From Spirochaetia bacterium (GTDB lineage: Bacteria; Spirochaetota; Spirochaetia; CAKZLE01): a stretch of DNA of 64,000 bases. The notes beneath the pieces are model-generated. The model did no database searches. It was not told the origin of the DNA and was given only the letters and a program-made list of their open reading frames with translations. Location of the stretch: contig OY782041.1 of the NCBI GenBank assembly GCA_963677595.1, forward strand, positions 3,744,001-3,808,000, given 5' to 3'. The translations under genes and the position numbers were made by a program. Positions within the stretch are counted from its first letter, which is position 1. The number at the start of each line of letters is the position of its first letter. Positions 1 to 8,387 of the stretch are shown in pieces.

Positions 1-1
1 G

Positions 2-2530
2 GGCTACCTCCCGCTCGATGTGTCGGAGATATCGATCAAGCGCAGGGTCTACCGCTCAGGTGAGAGCGAGTACTACATCAACAATACCCTCGTCCGCCTC
101 AAGGAGATCAAGGAACTCTTCTACGATACCGGTATCGGCAAGAGCGCCTACTCTATTCTAGAACAGGGGAAGATCGACCAGATCCTCTCCCAGAAGCCTG
201 AGGACCGGCGTTACATCTTCGAGGAGGCGGCCGGCATCACCAGGTTCAAGCAGAAGAGTCAGGAGGCTGAGCGGAAGCTCGAGAAGACCGAGGACAACAT
301 CAGGCAGGTGCAGAGCATCCTCAAGGAGGTGAAGGGCACCTATGACACGAGGAAGGTCCAGGCCGAACGTGCACGCCGGTATAAGGAGCTGCAGGAGAAG
401 ATCTTCGAGCTCGAGGTCGACCTCCAGCTGTCGAAGGTCCATGAACTCAGTCAGCGCAAGCAGCAGAAGATCACCGTGCTCCATGATGCGGTAGATGAGT
501 TCAGCAAGCTCCAGGAGAGCATCTCGCGGATCAACACCATCCTCGAGGAGATCATGGACACGGTGAACGAGCAGTCCAACAAGCGTATCGAGATCCAGAA
601 CCGCCTCCATCGGATCGACGAGTCGCGCAACAGCAAGAAGAACCAGATCGATATCTACCTCGACAGGATCGAGGACTTCACGAAGAGCATCACTGACCTC
701 TCCGGCCGGTGCGAGCTGATGAACAAGCGCATCGAGCGGGATACCGCCGATATTGACGAGCGGGTCGCCAAGCGCATGTCCATGCAGGACGAGCTCGACA
801 AGATCGAGGTCGATATCGAGACCTTCATCGAGACGATCGAGACGGCTGAGGACCGCATCCGGCACAATACAAGGGAGATCGAGGGGACCGAGGAGCGCGT
901 GAGGGAGCTCGAGAAGACCCAGCTCTACCTCAGGCGCGACCTCCAGGAGATCACGGAGCATATCGTGAAGGAGTTCGACACGAAGCTCAGTGAATCAGGG
1001 TACTCGCACCACCGGCGCAAGGAGCTCGATGAGGAGATACGTCAGGTTATCTCAAGGCTGCTGATCACCGTCCAGGGACGCAGCGACATCCTCGAGGACG
1101 CCGCAAAGTTCGGTTCGGTCGGCAAAGCTCTTGTCCAGAAGACATCGGAGGAGCTCATCGGGGTCACTGCGCAGCTCGAGCGGCTGCAGCAGCTCTACAG
1201 CGACTATACCGATGCGATCCCCTCATTCATCGATGAGTTCCTCAGCCCTGCAGGCGTGCTGACGAAGAAGCGGCTGATAGATGAGGAGATCGAGCAGAGT
1301 TACATCGAGGTGGAACAGAAGCGGGAACTCGCCGATACCCTCTCAGCGGAGAACACCTCCCTGCTGAAGAAGCTCCAGAACTACCGGGAGACGCTCGAGC
1401 ACCTGCGGCTCACGGAGGTGGACCTCAAGGGGAGCCTCAAGAACATCGAGGAGCTCCTCACCAACCTCTACCGTACCATGAACGAGCAGAAGATCGCTCG
1501 CGACGAGGCGATGAAGGACCTCAGTTCCGCGCAGGAGCGGCTTGACGAGACGAAGGGGAAGATCTCCGAGCTCGAACAGGACTCGGTTGAGATCAGCCAG
1601 GAGGTAGATGAGCTCACGGAGACCCTGCAGCAGCTCAAGGTCGGGATAGATGATGCCCAGGATGAGATGAAGCAGGAGCGAAAGCACCTTGCACAGCAGC
1701 AGGAGTTCCTCAGTAATACCGCCCAGCGCATCGAGCGGACCAAGGCCGAGATCGATGCACTGGAGACCGAGGTCTCATTTATATATGAGAACTTCGAGGA
1801 GAACTACTCGAAGTCCCTCACCGAGTTCGATGAACGTATCTACGATATCAGGGAGGGCGAGCAGGTCTACCGCAGCCGGCTCAAGCAGCTGCGTCAGGAA
1901 GTCATCAGTCTCGGCTACATCAACCATATGGCGACCGAGGAGTTCGAGGAGGTCCGGGAGCGGTACGAGTTCCTGCGCAAGCAAATGAACGACCTCGAAC
2001 AGGCGAAGAACGACCTGCTCACGATCACAAAGGAGATCAAGACCCGCTCTGAGATCCTCTTCGAGGAGAGCTACCACAAGATCAAGAAGAACTTCCACCT
2101 GATGTTCCGCCGGCTCTTCGGGGGCGGCAGGGCGGAACTCAAGCTCGTCGACCCCGATGACCTGCTCGGCAGCGGCATCGACATCTTCGCCCAGCCGCCG
2201 GGGAAGAAGCTCGAGAAGATCACGCTCCTCTCTGGGGGGGAGCGATCCATGACGGCAGTCGCCCTGCTCTTCGCGACCTATCTGGTGAAACCCTCTCCCT
2301 TCTGCATCCTCGATGAGATCGATGCGGCCCTCGACGATGCGAACATCGGCTACTTCCTCGATGTCCTCCTGGAGTTCAGCGAGAGTTCCCAGTTCATTAT
2401 CATCACCCACAACAAGAAGACCGTTCTCGGTTCCTCGACCCTGCTGGGGGTCACCATGCAGGAGCCGGGAGTCTCGAAAGCGATCGCCTACCGCATCGGC
2501 GATGTGGCCGGGGAACAAACTATCTTTTGA
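2..2530 (+). CDS. smc: SMC-family chromosome segregation ATPase, 5' end outside the window
   Basis: Frame is open from position 2. Head motifs RRVYRSGESEYYIN, EQGKIDQI, FEEAAGI; long coiled coils; signature LSGGERS, Walker B CILDEIDAALD, IITHNK. Confidence 0.95.
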   Translation, partial: GYLPLDVSEISIKRRVYRSGESEYYINNTLVRLKEIKELFYDTGIGKSAYSILEQGKIDQILSQKPEDRRYIFEEAAGITRFKQKSQEAERKLEKTEDNIRQVQSILKEVKGTYDTRKVQAERARRYKELQEKIFELEVDLQLSKVHELSQRKQQKITVLHDAVDEFSKLQESISRINTILEEIMDTVNEQSNKRIEIQNRLHRIDESRNSKKNQIDIYLDRIEDFTKSITDLSGRCELMNKRIERDTADIDERVAKRMSMQDELDKIEVDIETFIETIETAEDRIRHNTREIEGTEERVRELEKTQLYLRRDLQEITEHIVKEFDTKLSESGYSHHRRKELDEEIRQVISRLLITVQGRSDILEDAAKFGSVGKALVQKTSEELIGVTAQLERLQQLYSDYTDAIPSFIDEFLSPAGVLTKKRLIDEEIEQSYIEVEQKRELADTLSAENTSLLKKLQNYRETLEHLRLTEVDLKGSLKNIEELLTNLYRTMNEQKIARDEAMKDLSSAQERLDETKGKISELEQDSVEISQEVDELTETLQQLKVGIDDAQDEMKQERKHLAQQQEFLSNTAQRIERTKAEIDALETEVSFIYENFEENYSKSLTEFDERIYDIREGEQVYRSRLKQLRQEVISLGYINHMATEEFEEVRERYEFLRKQMNDLEQAKNDLLTITKEIKTRSEILFEESYHKIKKNFHLMFRRLFGGGRAELKLVDPDDLLGSGIDIFAQPPGKKLEKITLLSGGERSMTAVALLFATYLVKPSPFCILDEIDAALDDANIGYFLDVLLEFSESSQFIIITHNKKTVLGSSTLLGVTMQEPGVSKAIAYRIGDVAGEQTIF

Positions 2531-2536
2531 TATCGG

Positions 2537-2566
2537 TTGACAGAGACTCGAGTTATACGGTATAAG
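2537..2566 (+). promoter_or_regulatory. Putative sigma70 promoter for ffh
   Basis: TTGACA (2537-2542), 18 nt, TATAAG (2561-2566). Confidence 0.55.
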
Positions 2567-2590
2567 TCTTAACGGTAAAGTAGGAAACAG

Positions 2591-3919
2591 ATGCTTGAGA
2601 ATATTTCAGATAAATTCACGGATATCGTAAGACACATATCAGGTAAAGGTACCATCTCGGAGAAGAACGTCCAGGAAGCGGTGGAGGAGATCAAGATCGC
2701 CCTGCTCGAAGCGGACGTGAACCTTCGCGTGGTCAGGCGTTTCGTCAACCGCACCCTCGAGGATGCGAAGGGCGAGGCGGTGCTGAAGTCGGTCAATCCC
2801 GGCCAGCAGTTCATCAAGATCGTCCATGACCGGCTTGTAGCCCTTCTGGGTGACGATCGGAAGGAACTGCTCCTCAAGGGTCCCGACACCCCGTCAGTCA
2901 TCCTGATGATGGGCCTCCAGGGGTCAGGTAAGACCACCACGGCTGCGAAGCTCGCGTACAAGCTGAAGAAAGAGGGGCGCAGGCCGATCCTCGTCGCAGC
3001 CGACCTCGTACGGCCTGCGGCAGTCAAGCAGCTGCAGGTGCTCGGGGAGAGCATCTCCGTCCCTGTCTATGCCGAGGAAGTGAAGGACCCGGTCCGGGTC
3101 GTGAAGAACTCACTTAAGCTCGCGAAGAAGGAGCAGTACAACACGGTCATCGTGGATACCTCCGGCCGTATGCACCTCGATACCGAGATGATGAAGGAGA
3201 TCCAGGCGATCTACAAGGCTGCAGATCCCGATGAGACCCTCTTCGTCGCTGACTCGATGACCGGCCAGGGTGCTGTCACCATCGCGAAGGAGTTCGACGA
3301 GAAGGTCGGGATCTCCGGTGTCGTGCTGACGAAGTTCGACTCCGACACCCGGGGCGGTGCAGCACTCTCGATCAGGAGCGTGACCGGCAAGCCGATCAAG
3401 TATATCGGTGTGGGGGAGAAGGTCAGTGACCTCGATCCCTTCTACCCGGAGAGGATCGCTTCCAGGATCCTCGGGATGGGGGACGTCGTCTCCCTCGTGG
3501 AGAAGGCCCAGGAGACGATCGACATCCAGGAAGCTGAGAAACTGCAGAAAAAGATGTCTTCTGCGACCTTCAGCCTCCAGGACTACCTTGACCAAATCCA
3601 GAGAATGAATAAAATGGGACCGCTGGAGTCCATCGTTGAGATGATCCCGGGAGCCAAGGGCTCGATCAGCGAGGATGACATCAACAAGAAGGAACTCGCC
3701 AGGGAACAGGCGATCATCCAGTCGATGACGCTCGAGGAGAGGAACAACCACCGTATCGTCGGGCCGTCGAGAAGGAAGAGGATAGCCAAGGGGAGCGGGA
3801 CAGCAGTCTATGATGTGAATCGACTGCTGAAGAAATTTGAGAAGATGCGTCTGATGATGAAGAAAGTCGCTAAGAATAAGAAATACCAAGCACAAATGCT
3901 CAAACAGATGGGCATGTAA
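2591..3919 (+). CDS. ffh: Signal recognition particle protein Ffh
   Basis: GLQGSGKTTT, DTSGR, TKFDSDTRGGAALS, RILGMGD, Met-rich C-terminal domain. Confidence 0.98.
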   Translation: MLENISDKFTDIVRHISGKGTISEKNVQEAVEEIKIALLEADVNLRVVRRFVNRTLEDAKGEAVLKSVNPGQQFIKIVHDRLVALLGDDRKELLLKGPDTPSVILMMGLQGSGKTTTAAKLAYKLKKEGRRPILVAADLVRPAAVKQLQVLGESISVPVYAEEVKDPVRVVKNSLKLAKKEQYNTVIVDTSGRMHLDTEMMKEIQAIYKAADPDETLFVADSMTGQGAVTIAKEFDEKVGISGVVLTKFDSDTRGGAALSIRSVTGKPIKYIGVGEKVSDLDPFYPERIASRILGMGDVVSLVEKAQETIDIQEAEKLQKKMSSATFSLQDYLDQIQRMNKMGPLESIVEMIPGAKGSISEDDINKKELAREQAIIQSMTLEERNNHRIVGPSRRKRIAKGSGTAVYDVNRLLKKFEKMRLMMKKVAKNKKYQAQMLKQMGM

Positions 3920-3945
3920 TATTCGTGTAGAAGCAGGAGGACGTC

Positions 3946-4215
3946 GTGAGCGTTAAGATCAGGTTGAAACGATTTGGTACGAAGATGAGACCATACTACC
4001 GTATTGTCGTAATGGATTCCCGTGACCAGCGGGATGGAAGGACCCTTGATGAGGTGGGATTATACCACCCGATCGAGAAAGAGGGTGAGCAGGTAAGGAT
4101 CGATGAGGATAAGGTGCGCAGCTGGCTCGTGAAGGGTGCGCAGCCCACCGACACCGTCAAGAAGATCCTTAACAACAACAACATTTACATCGAACGGAAA
4201 GAAGCCGAGAAGTAG
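3946..4215 (+). CDS. rpsP: 30S ribosomal protein S16
   Basis: VKIRLKRFG..PYYRIVV.DSR..RDG; GAQPTDTV; AGGAGG ribosome-binding site. Confidence 0.98.
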   Translation: MSVKIRLKRFGTKMRPYYRIVVMDSRDQRDGRTLDEVGLYHPIEKEGEQVRIDEDKVRSWLVKGAQPTDTVKKILNNNNIYIERKEAEK

Positions 4216-4226
4216 GAGATGCGATC

Positions 4227-4460
4227 ATGGAGAAGGATCTTGTAGAGTATATCGCAAAATCCCTTGTTGATGATCCGGATGATGTCTCTGTAAACATAAT
4301 TGAAGGCGAGAAGTCCACGATCCTCGAGTTGAGGGTAGCGCAGGATGATATCGGTAAAGTCATCGGTAAGCACGGCCGTATTGCCAAGGCAGTACGGACG
4401 ATCCTGAGCGCATCCTCGACGAAGAGCGGGAAGCGTGTTGTGTTGGAGATACTGGATTAA
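4227..4460 (+). CDS. khpA: KH-domain RNA-binding protein (KhpA/YlqC type)
   Basis: DIGKVIGKHGRIAKAVR; usual position between rpsP and rimM. Confidence 0.93.
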   Translation: MEKDLVEYIAKSLVDDPDDVSVNIIEGEKSTILELRVAQDDIGKVIGKHGRIAKAVRTILSASSTKSGKRVVLEILD

Positions 4461-4470
4461 TCAGAAGACG

Positions 4471-4971
4471 ATGGAAAAGATTGCAACTGGATTGATCAGG
4501 ACGACTCATGGTATCCACGGGTACCTCAAGGTGAAACTGTTCTCAGGCGACCTTGAGAATTTCCTGACCCATACACAGCTCCTCCTGAGGAAGGATTCCC
4601 AGGAGAGGATGTACCAGGTCGAGGATACCAGGATACAGGGCGATACCGTCTTGGTGAAACTCGTCGGTATCGACACGCCTGAAGCCGGGAAGCGGTTGAA
4701 CGGGTGGGAACTCTGGATCCCCCGGGAGGAGGCATCTCCCCTCGAGGAGGGCGAGTACTACTCCGCTGACCTCCACGGCTGTGCAGTGCAGTTCGAAGGA
4801 AGCACGGTCGGCAGGGTCATCTCCCTCGTGGAAGGACCCCAGGCTGACCTGCTCGAGATCGAGAAGGAGTCCGGGGAACGGCGCTATGTACCCTTCATGG
4901 ATGAGTACATCGGCGCCGTCGATATCGAGAACCGGACGATCGAGCTCCGGCATGCGTGGATCTTCGAATGA
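4471..4971 (+). CDS. rimM: Ribosome maturation factor RimM
   Basis: THGIHGYLKV, EGEYY.ADL.G, YVPF; ATG at 4471 preferred over 4435. Confidence 0.95.
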   Translation: MEKIATGLIRTTHGIHGYLKVKLFSGDLENFLTHTQLLLRKDSQERMYQVEDTRIQGDTVLVKLVGIDTPEAGKRLNGWELWIPREEASPLEEGEYYSADLHGCAVQFEGSTVGRVISLVEGPQADLLEIEKESGERRYVPFMDEYIGAVDIENRTIELRHAWIFE

Positions 4972-5705
4972 ACATCGAGGTCCTGACGCTGTTCCCGGAG
5001 ATCATACAGGGGTTCTTTGGCGACTCCATCATGGCGAAGAGCGTGGAGAAGGGTATCATCTCATTCGATACCGTCCAGATACGCGATTTCACCCATGACC
5101 GCCACCGGACCTGTGATGATGCGCCCTACGGCGGCGGTGCGGGGATGATCCTCAAGCCGGAACCGCTCGGGGAAGCCCTCGAATCGGTCGGAGCGAAGCG
5201 CAAGCGGGTCATCTACCCGAGTCCCTCGGGGAGGAGGTTCACCCAGGCATATGCCGAGGAGCTTGCTGCCGAGGAGGAACTCGTATTCATCTGCGGACGG
5301 TACGAGGGGATCGACCAGAGGATCATCGATCTGTATGTCGATGACGAGATCTGCATCGGGGACTATGTCATCTCTTCAGGTGAGGTGGCATCGTTGGTGA
5401 TCATCGATGCGGTATACAGGCTCATCGAGGGAGTGATCAGCAGGGAATCTCTTTCAGAAGAGAGTTTTTCTGACGGATTATTGGAATATCCTCAGTATAC
5501 GAGGCCCTCGACCTATTGCGGAATTTCCGTTCCTGATATATTATTATCCGGGCATCATGCCGAGATCGAGAGATGGCGCATGAAGCAGCGTGTAAAGAAG
5601 ACTCAGGAGAACAGACCTGAACTGCTCGGGGAGGCTGCCGGACATTCGGAAGATGTCGGGAGGATCCTCGATACATTACATAATGAAAACAATCCGAAGG
5701 GGTGA
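4968..5705 (+). CDS. trmD: tRNA (guanine37-N1)-methyltransferase
   Basis: [47 protein letters not shown]; ATGA overlap with rimM. Confidence 0.98.
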   Translation: MNIEVLTLFPEIIQGFFGDSIMAKSVEKGIISFDTVQIRDFTHDRHRTCDDAPYGGGAGMILKPEPLGEALESVGAKRKRVIYPSPSGRRFTQAYAEELAAEEELVFICGRYEGIDQRIIDLYVDDEICIGDYVISSGEVASLVIIDAVYRLIEGVISRESLSEESFSDGLLEYPQYTRPSTYCGISVPDILLSGHHAEIERWRMKQRVKKTQENRPELLGEAAGHSEDVGRILDTLHNENNPKG

Positions 5706-5710
5706 TAGTG

Positions 5711-6061
5711 ATGGATATCATTAAGGCAATTGAAGCTGAACAGCTGAAGGAAAATGCGGAGAACTTCCGGATCGGTGATACCGTGAAGGTCTTCTTCAAG
5801 ATCATCGAGGGTGCGACTGAGCGAATCCAGGTATACGAAGGTCTTGTCATCGCGATGAACAACGGCAGTGTCCGAAAGACCGTGACCGTACGGAAGATGT
5901 CATACGGCGTTGGCGTGGAGAGGATCTTCCCGATCCACTCACCGAGGATCGACAAGATCGAGGTAGTCAGGAAAGGCCGTGTACGACGTGCCAAGCTCTA
6001 CTACATCAGGGACAGGGTCGGTAAGGCAGCCAAGGTACGGGAACTTATCAAGCGTAAGTAA
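5711..6061 (+). CDS. rplS: 50S ribosomal protein L19
   Basis: [35 protein letters not shown]. Confidence 0.98.
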   Translation: MDIIKAIEAEQLKENAENFRIGDTVKVFFKIIEGATERIQVYEGLVIAMNNGSVRKTVTVRKMSYGVGVERIFPIHSPRIDKIEVVRKGRVRRAKLYYIRDRVGKAAKVRELIKRK

Positions 6062-6084
6062 TTCTGGCACCACGGCACAGCGGT

Positions 6085-6121
6085 AAAGAGTTATGTGAAT
6101 CATCATATAGCTCTTTTTTTT
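6085..6121 (+). terminator. Intrinsic terminator after rplS
   Basis: AAAGAGTTATGTGA / TCATATAGCTCTTT stem (with G-U pairs) followed by a T run. Confidence 0.8.
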
Positions 6122-6127
6122 GGTTTC

Positions 6128-6156
6128 TTGTAAACCGGCTGTGTTTTCGGTATGAT
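6128..6156 (+). promoter_or_regulatory. Putative sigma70 promoter for the hypothetical gene and coaD
   Basis: TTGTAA, 17 nt, TATGAT. Confidence 0.6.
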
Positions 6157-6162
6157 AGGTAA

Positions 6163-6630
6163 GTGAGTATGGGACAGGACATGGAAGAGAGACAGAACAA
6201 CAGCCAGAACCGTGAACGGAAGAACGGCAGGAACCGGGGCCGCAGGAACAACAGGAAATCACGCGGGCGCAGGGCTCCTGCCCCGGCACCAGTTCCAGAG
6301 CAGGAGTATGAACCGGTGATGTGCTCGATCTGCGAGAAGGCGATCGACAGCATCACGCAGGCGATCGGCGGGAGCAAGCCCGGCGATATCGCACACTTCG
6401 ACTGCGTGCTGAGGCGTCTCCAGGATGAGGAGAAGCTCACCGAGCGGCAGCGCATCAGCTATATCGGGAACGGTACCTTCGCCGTGGTCGAGTATCGGAA
6501 CAAGAACACGACAGGTCCCTTCACCATCGTGAAGCGGATACAGATAGAGTCGAAGGAATCCACCGATGCGATCAAGAAGTTCGTCAATGAGCGGAAGCAT
6601 GCGGTAGACCTTCACAGGAAGAGACGCTGA
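6163..6630 (+). CDS. Hypothetical protein with a basic N-terminal tail and a putative Zn site
   Basis: Coding-like codon use; R/N-rich N-terminus; CSIC...HFDC; stop overlaps the coaD start. Start could also be 6169 or 6181. Confidence 0.85.
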   Translation: MSMGQDMEERQNNSQNRERKNGRNRGRRNNRKSRGRRAPAPAPVPEQEYEPVMCSICEKAIDSITQAIGGSKPGDIAHFDCVLRRLQDEEKLTERQRISYIGNGTFAVVEYRNKNTTGPFTIVKRIQIESKESTDAIKKFVNERKHAVDLHRKRR

Positions 6631-7127
6631 TGTTCGATGCGATGCTTCCCGGGAGTTTCGATCCCCCCACCAACGGCCATATGAACCTCATCCGCAGGGC
6701 TGCGGGTATCGCTGACCACCTCTATGTGATCATAGCGGTGAACCAGGCGAAGAACTACCTGTTATCTGGGGAGGAACGGCTCGAGCTGATGAGGGAACTG
6801 CTTTCGGACCAGGAGAACATCACGGTACTCCTCTGGGACCGGCTCATCGTCGATTTCGCCCGTGAGCATGATGTGAAGGTGATGATCCGCGGAGTCCGGG
6901 CCCTGGCCGATTTCGAGTATGAGTTCGAGCTGGCCATGACGAACAAACAGCTCTACAGCGACCTGGAGATCGTGTTCCTGCCCACTGACCACAAGTATTT
7001 CGTCCTTCGTGCATCGGCTATAAAGGAGCTTGCCTCCTACGGGGCGGACATCAGTTCGATGGTGCCGAATATTGTCGCAGAAACTCTGCGAACTAAACTG
7101 AATCTGTTGACATTAGATAATAATTAA
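6630..7127 (+). CDS. coaD: Phosphopantetheine adenylyltransferase
   Basis: PGSFDPPTNGH, IRGVRALADFEYE. Confidence 0.96.
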   Translation: MFDAMLPGSFDPPTNGHMNLIRRAAGIADHLYVIIAVNQAKNYLLSGEERLELMRELLSDQENITVLLWDRLIVDFAREHDVKVMIRGVRALADFEYEFELAMTNKQLYSDLEIVFLPTDHKYFVLRASAIKELASYGADISSMVPNIVAETLRTKLNLLTLDNN

Positions 7128-7135
7128 GGTATGGT
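7107..7135 (+). promoter_or_regulatory. Putative sigma70 promoter for rpmF-acpP-rnc
   Basis: TTGACA, 17 nt, TATGGT, overlapping the coaD 3' end. Confidence 0.65.
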
Positions 7136-7169
7136 CTTTTGACTGAGAACGTTAAAGAGGTAAATAGAG

Positions 7170-7358
7170 ATGGCAGTACCTAAATATAAGACTTCCAAAG
7201 CGAGAACGAGAACAAGAAAATCCATAAACATGAAGCTGAGTGCCCCTAAGTTGGTTGAGTGCACCACTTGCGGCAATAAGGTTCTTCCTCATCGTGTATG
7301 CCCCAAATGCGGGTTCTACCGAGGTAAGCAGGTTCTGAACCTTGAAGATATTGGTTAA
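7170..7358 (+). CDS. rpmF: 50S ribosomal protein L32, zinc-ribbon form
   Basis: MAVPK.KTSK; CTTCG...PHRVCPKCGFY. Confidence 0.97.
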   Translation: MAVPKYKTSKARTRTRKSINMKLSAPKLVECTTCGNKVLPHRVCPKCGFYRGKQVLNLEDIG

Positions 7359-7382
7359 TCAACAACCGAAAGGAGTTTAACG

Positions 7383-7616
7383 ATGGATGACCTGTTTGAG
7401 AAAATGAAATCACTGATTGCTGATAAGCTCGAGATCGAAGAAGACAAGATCACGCTCGAATCATCTTTCCGAAAGGACCTTGGTGCCGACAGCCTTGACA
7501 CATACGAGCTTGTATACGCTATCGAAGAGGAACTTGGTGTTACCATTCCTGATGAGAAGGCTAACGAGTTTGAAACGGTAAAGGATGCAGTGGACTTCCT
7601 GCAGACACAGCTCTAA
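7383..7616 (+). CDS. acpP: Acyl carrier protein
   Basis: DLGADSLD phosphopantetheine attachment motif; acidic, 77 aa. Confidence 0.97.
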   Translation: MDDLFEKMKSLIADKLEIEEDKITLESSFRKDLGADSLDTYELVYAIEEELGVTIPDEKANEFETVKDAVDFLQTQL

Positions 7617-7634
7617 GACCTTCCCGATCAGCGT

Positions 7635-8387
7635 ATGGCTTTTCTTCAAGACCTACAGCAGTATAATACACCGAAAGTTTCAAGCGAACGAAAACGTGAA
7701 TTACAGCTCTTTGAAAAGCATGCAGCAATAAGGTTCAGGAGACTCGATCTCCTGAACCTGGCTTTTTGCCACCGTTCCTACGCGAACGAACAACCAAAAG
7801 ACATCGATAACAATGAACGACTCGAATTCCTCGGGGACAGTGTCCTCGGCCTTGTCGTGAGTGAGTACCTCTACCGGAACTTCTACGAGACGATGGTCGA
7901 AGGTGACTTCGCCAGGATCAAGTCCTTTGTTGTCAGTGAGGACAGCCTGGCCGAGATCGCCAAGCGTATCAAGGTCGATAACTACATCCTTATCGGGAAA
8001 GGCGAGGAGTATTCGGGCGGACGCGGAAAGAAGGCGATCCTCGCGGACTGCATGGAGGCGATCATCGGCTCCTACTACCTTGACTCAGGGTTCAAGAGCG
8101 CGCAGGAGTTCGTGCTCTCCATCATGATCCCCGAGATCTCCAAGGTGCTGCAGAACAAGCACAAGAAAGATTATAAGACCCTCCTGCAGGAACTGGTGCA
8201 GAAGCGGTACAAGACCTACCCTCGATACTCGGTGGTCAAGCGGTCGGGACCCGACCATGACCGGGTCTTCTGGGTGAGCGTGTCAGTGAACGACGAACCC
8301 TACGGCCCGGGCAAGGGCAAGAACAAGAAAGAGGCTGAGCAGCATGCTGCCGGCATCGCATACCAGGAAATCACTCAGACAAAGTAA
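7635..8387 (+). CDS. rnc: Ribonuclease III
   Basis: NERLEFLGDSVL signature; dsRNA-binding domain DYKTLLQE...GKGKNKKEAEQHAA. Confidence 0.98.
   Translation: MAFLQDLQQYNTPKVSSERKRELQLFEKHAAIRFRRLDLLNLAFCHRSYANEQPKDIDNNERLEFLGDSVLGLVVSEYLYRNFYETMVEGDFARIKSFVVSEDSLAEIAKRIKVDNYILIGKGEEYSGGRGKKAILADCMEAIIGSYYLDSGFKSAQEFVLSIMIPEISKVLQNKHKKDYKTLLQELVQKRYKTYPRYSVVKRSGPDHDRVFWVSVSVNDEPYGPGKGKNKKEAEQHAAGIAYQEITQTK

Noticed and set aside
2531-2590. SRP RNA or other structured RNA near ffh
   Set aside because: The gap is only 60 nt, is filled by a promoter and ribosome-binding site, and has no SRP helix-8 motif.
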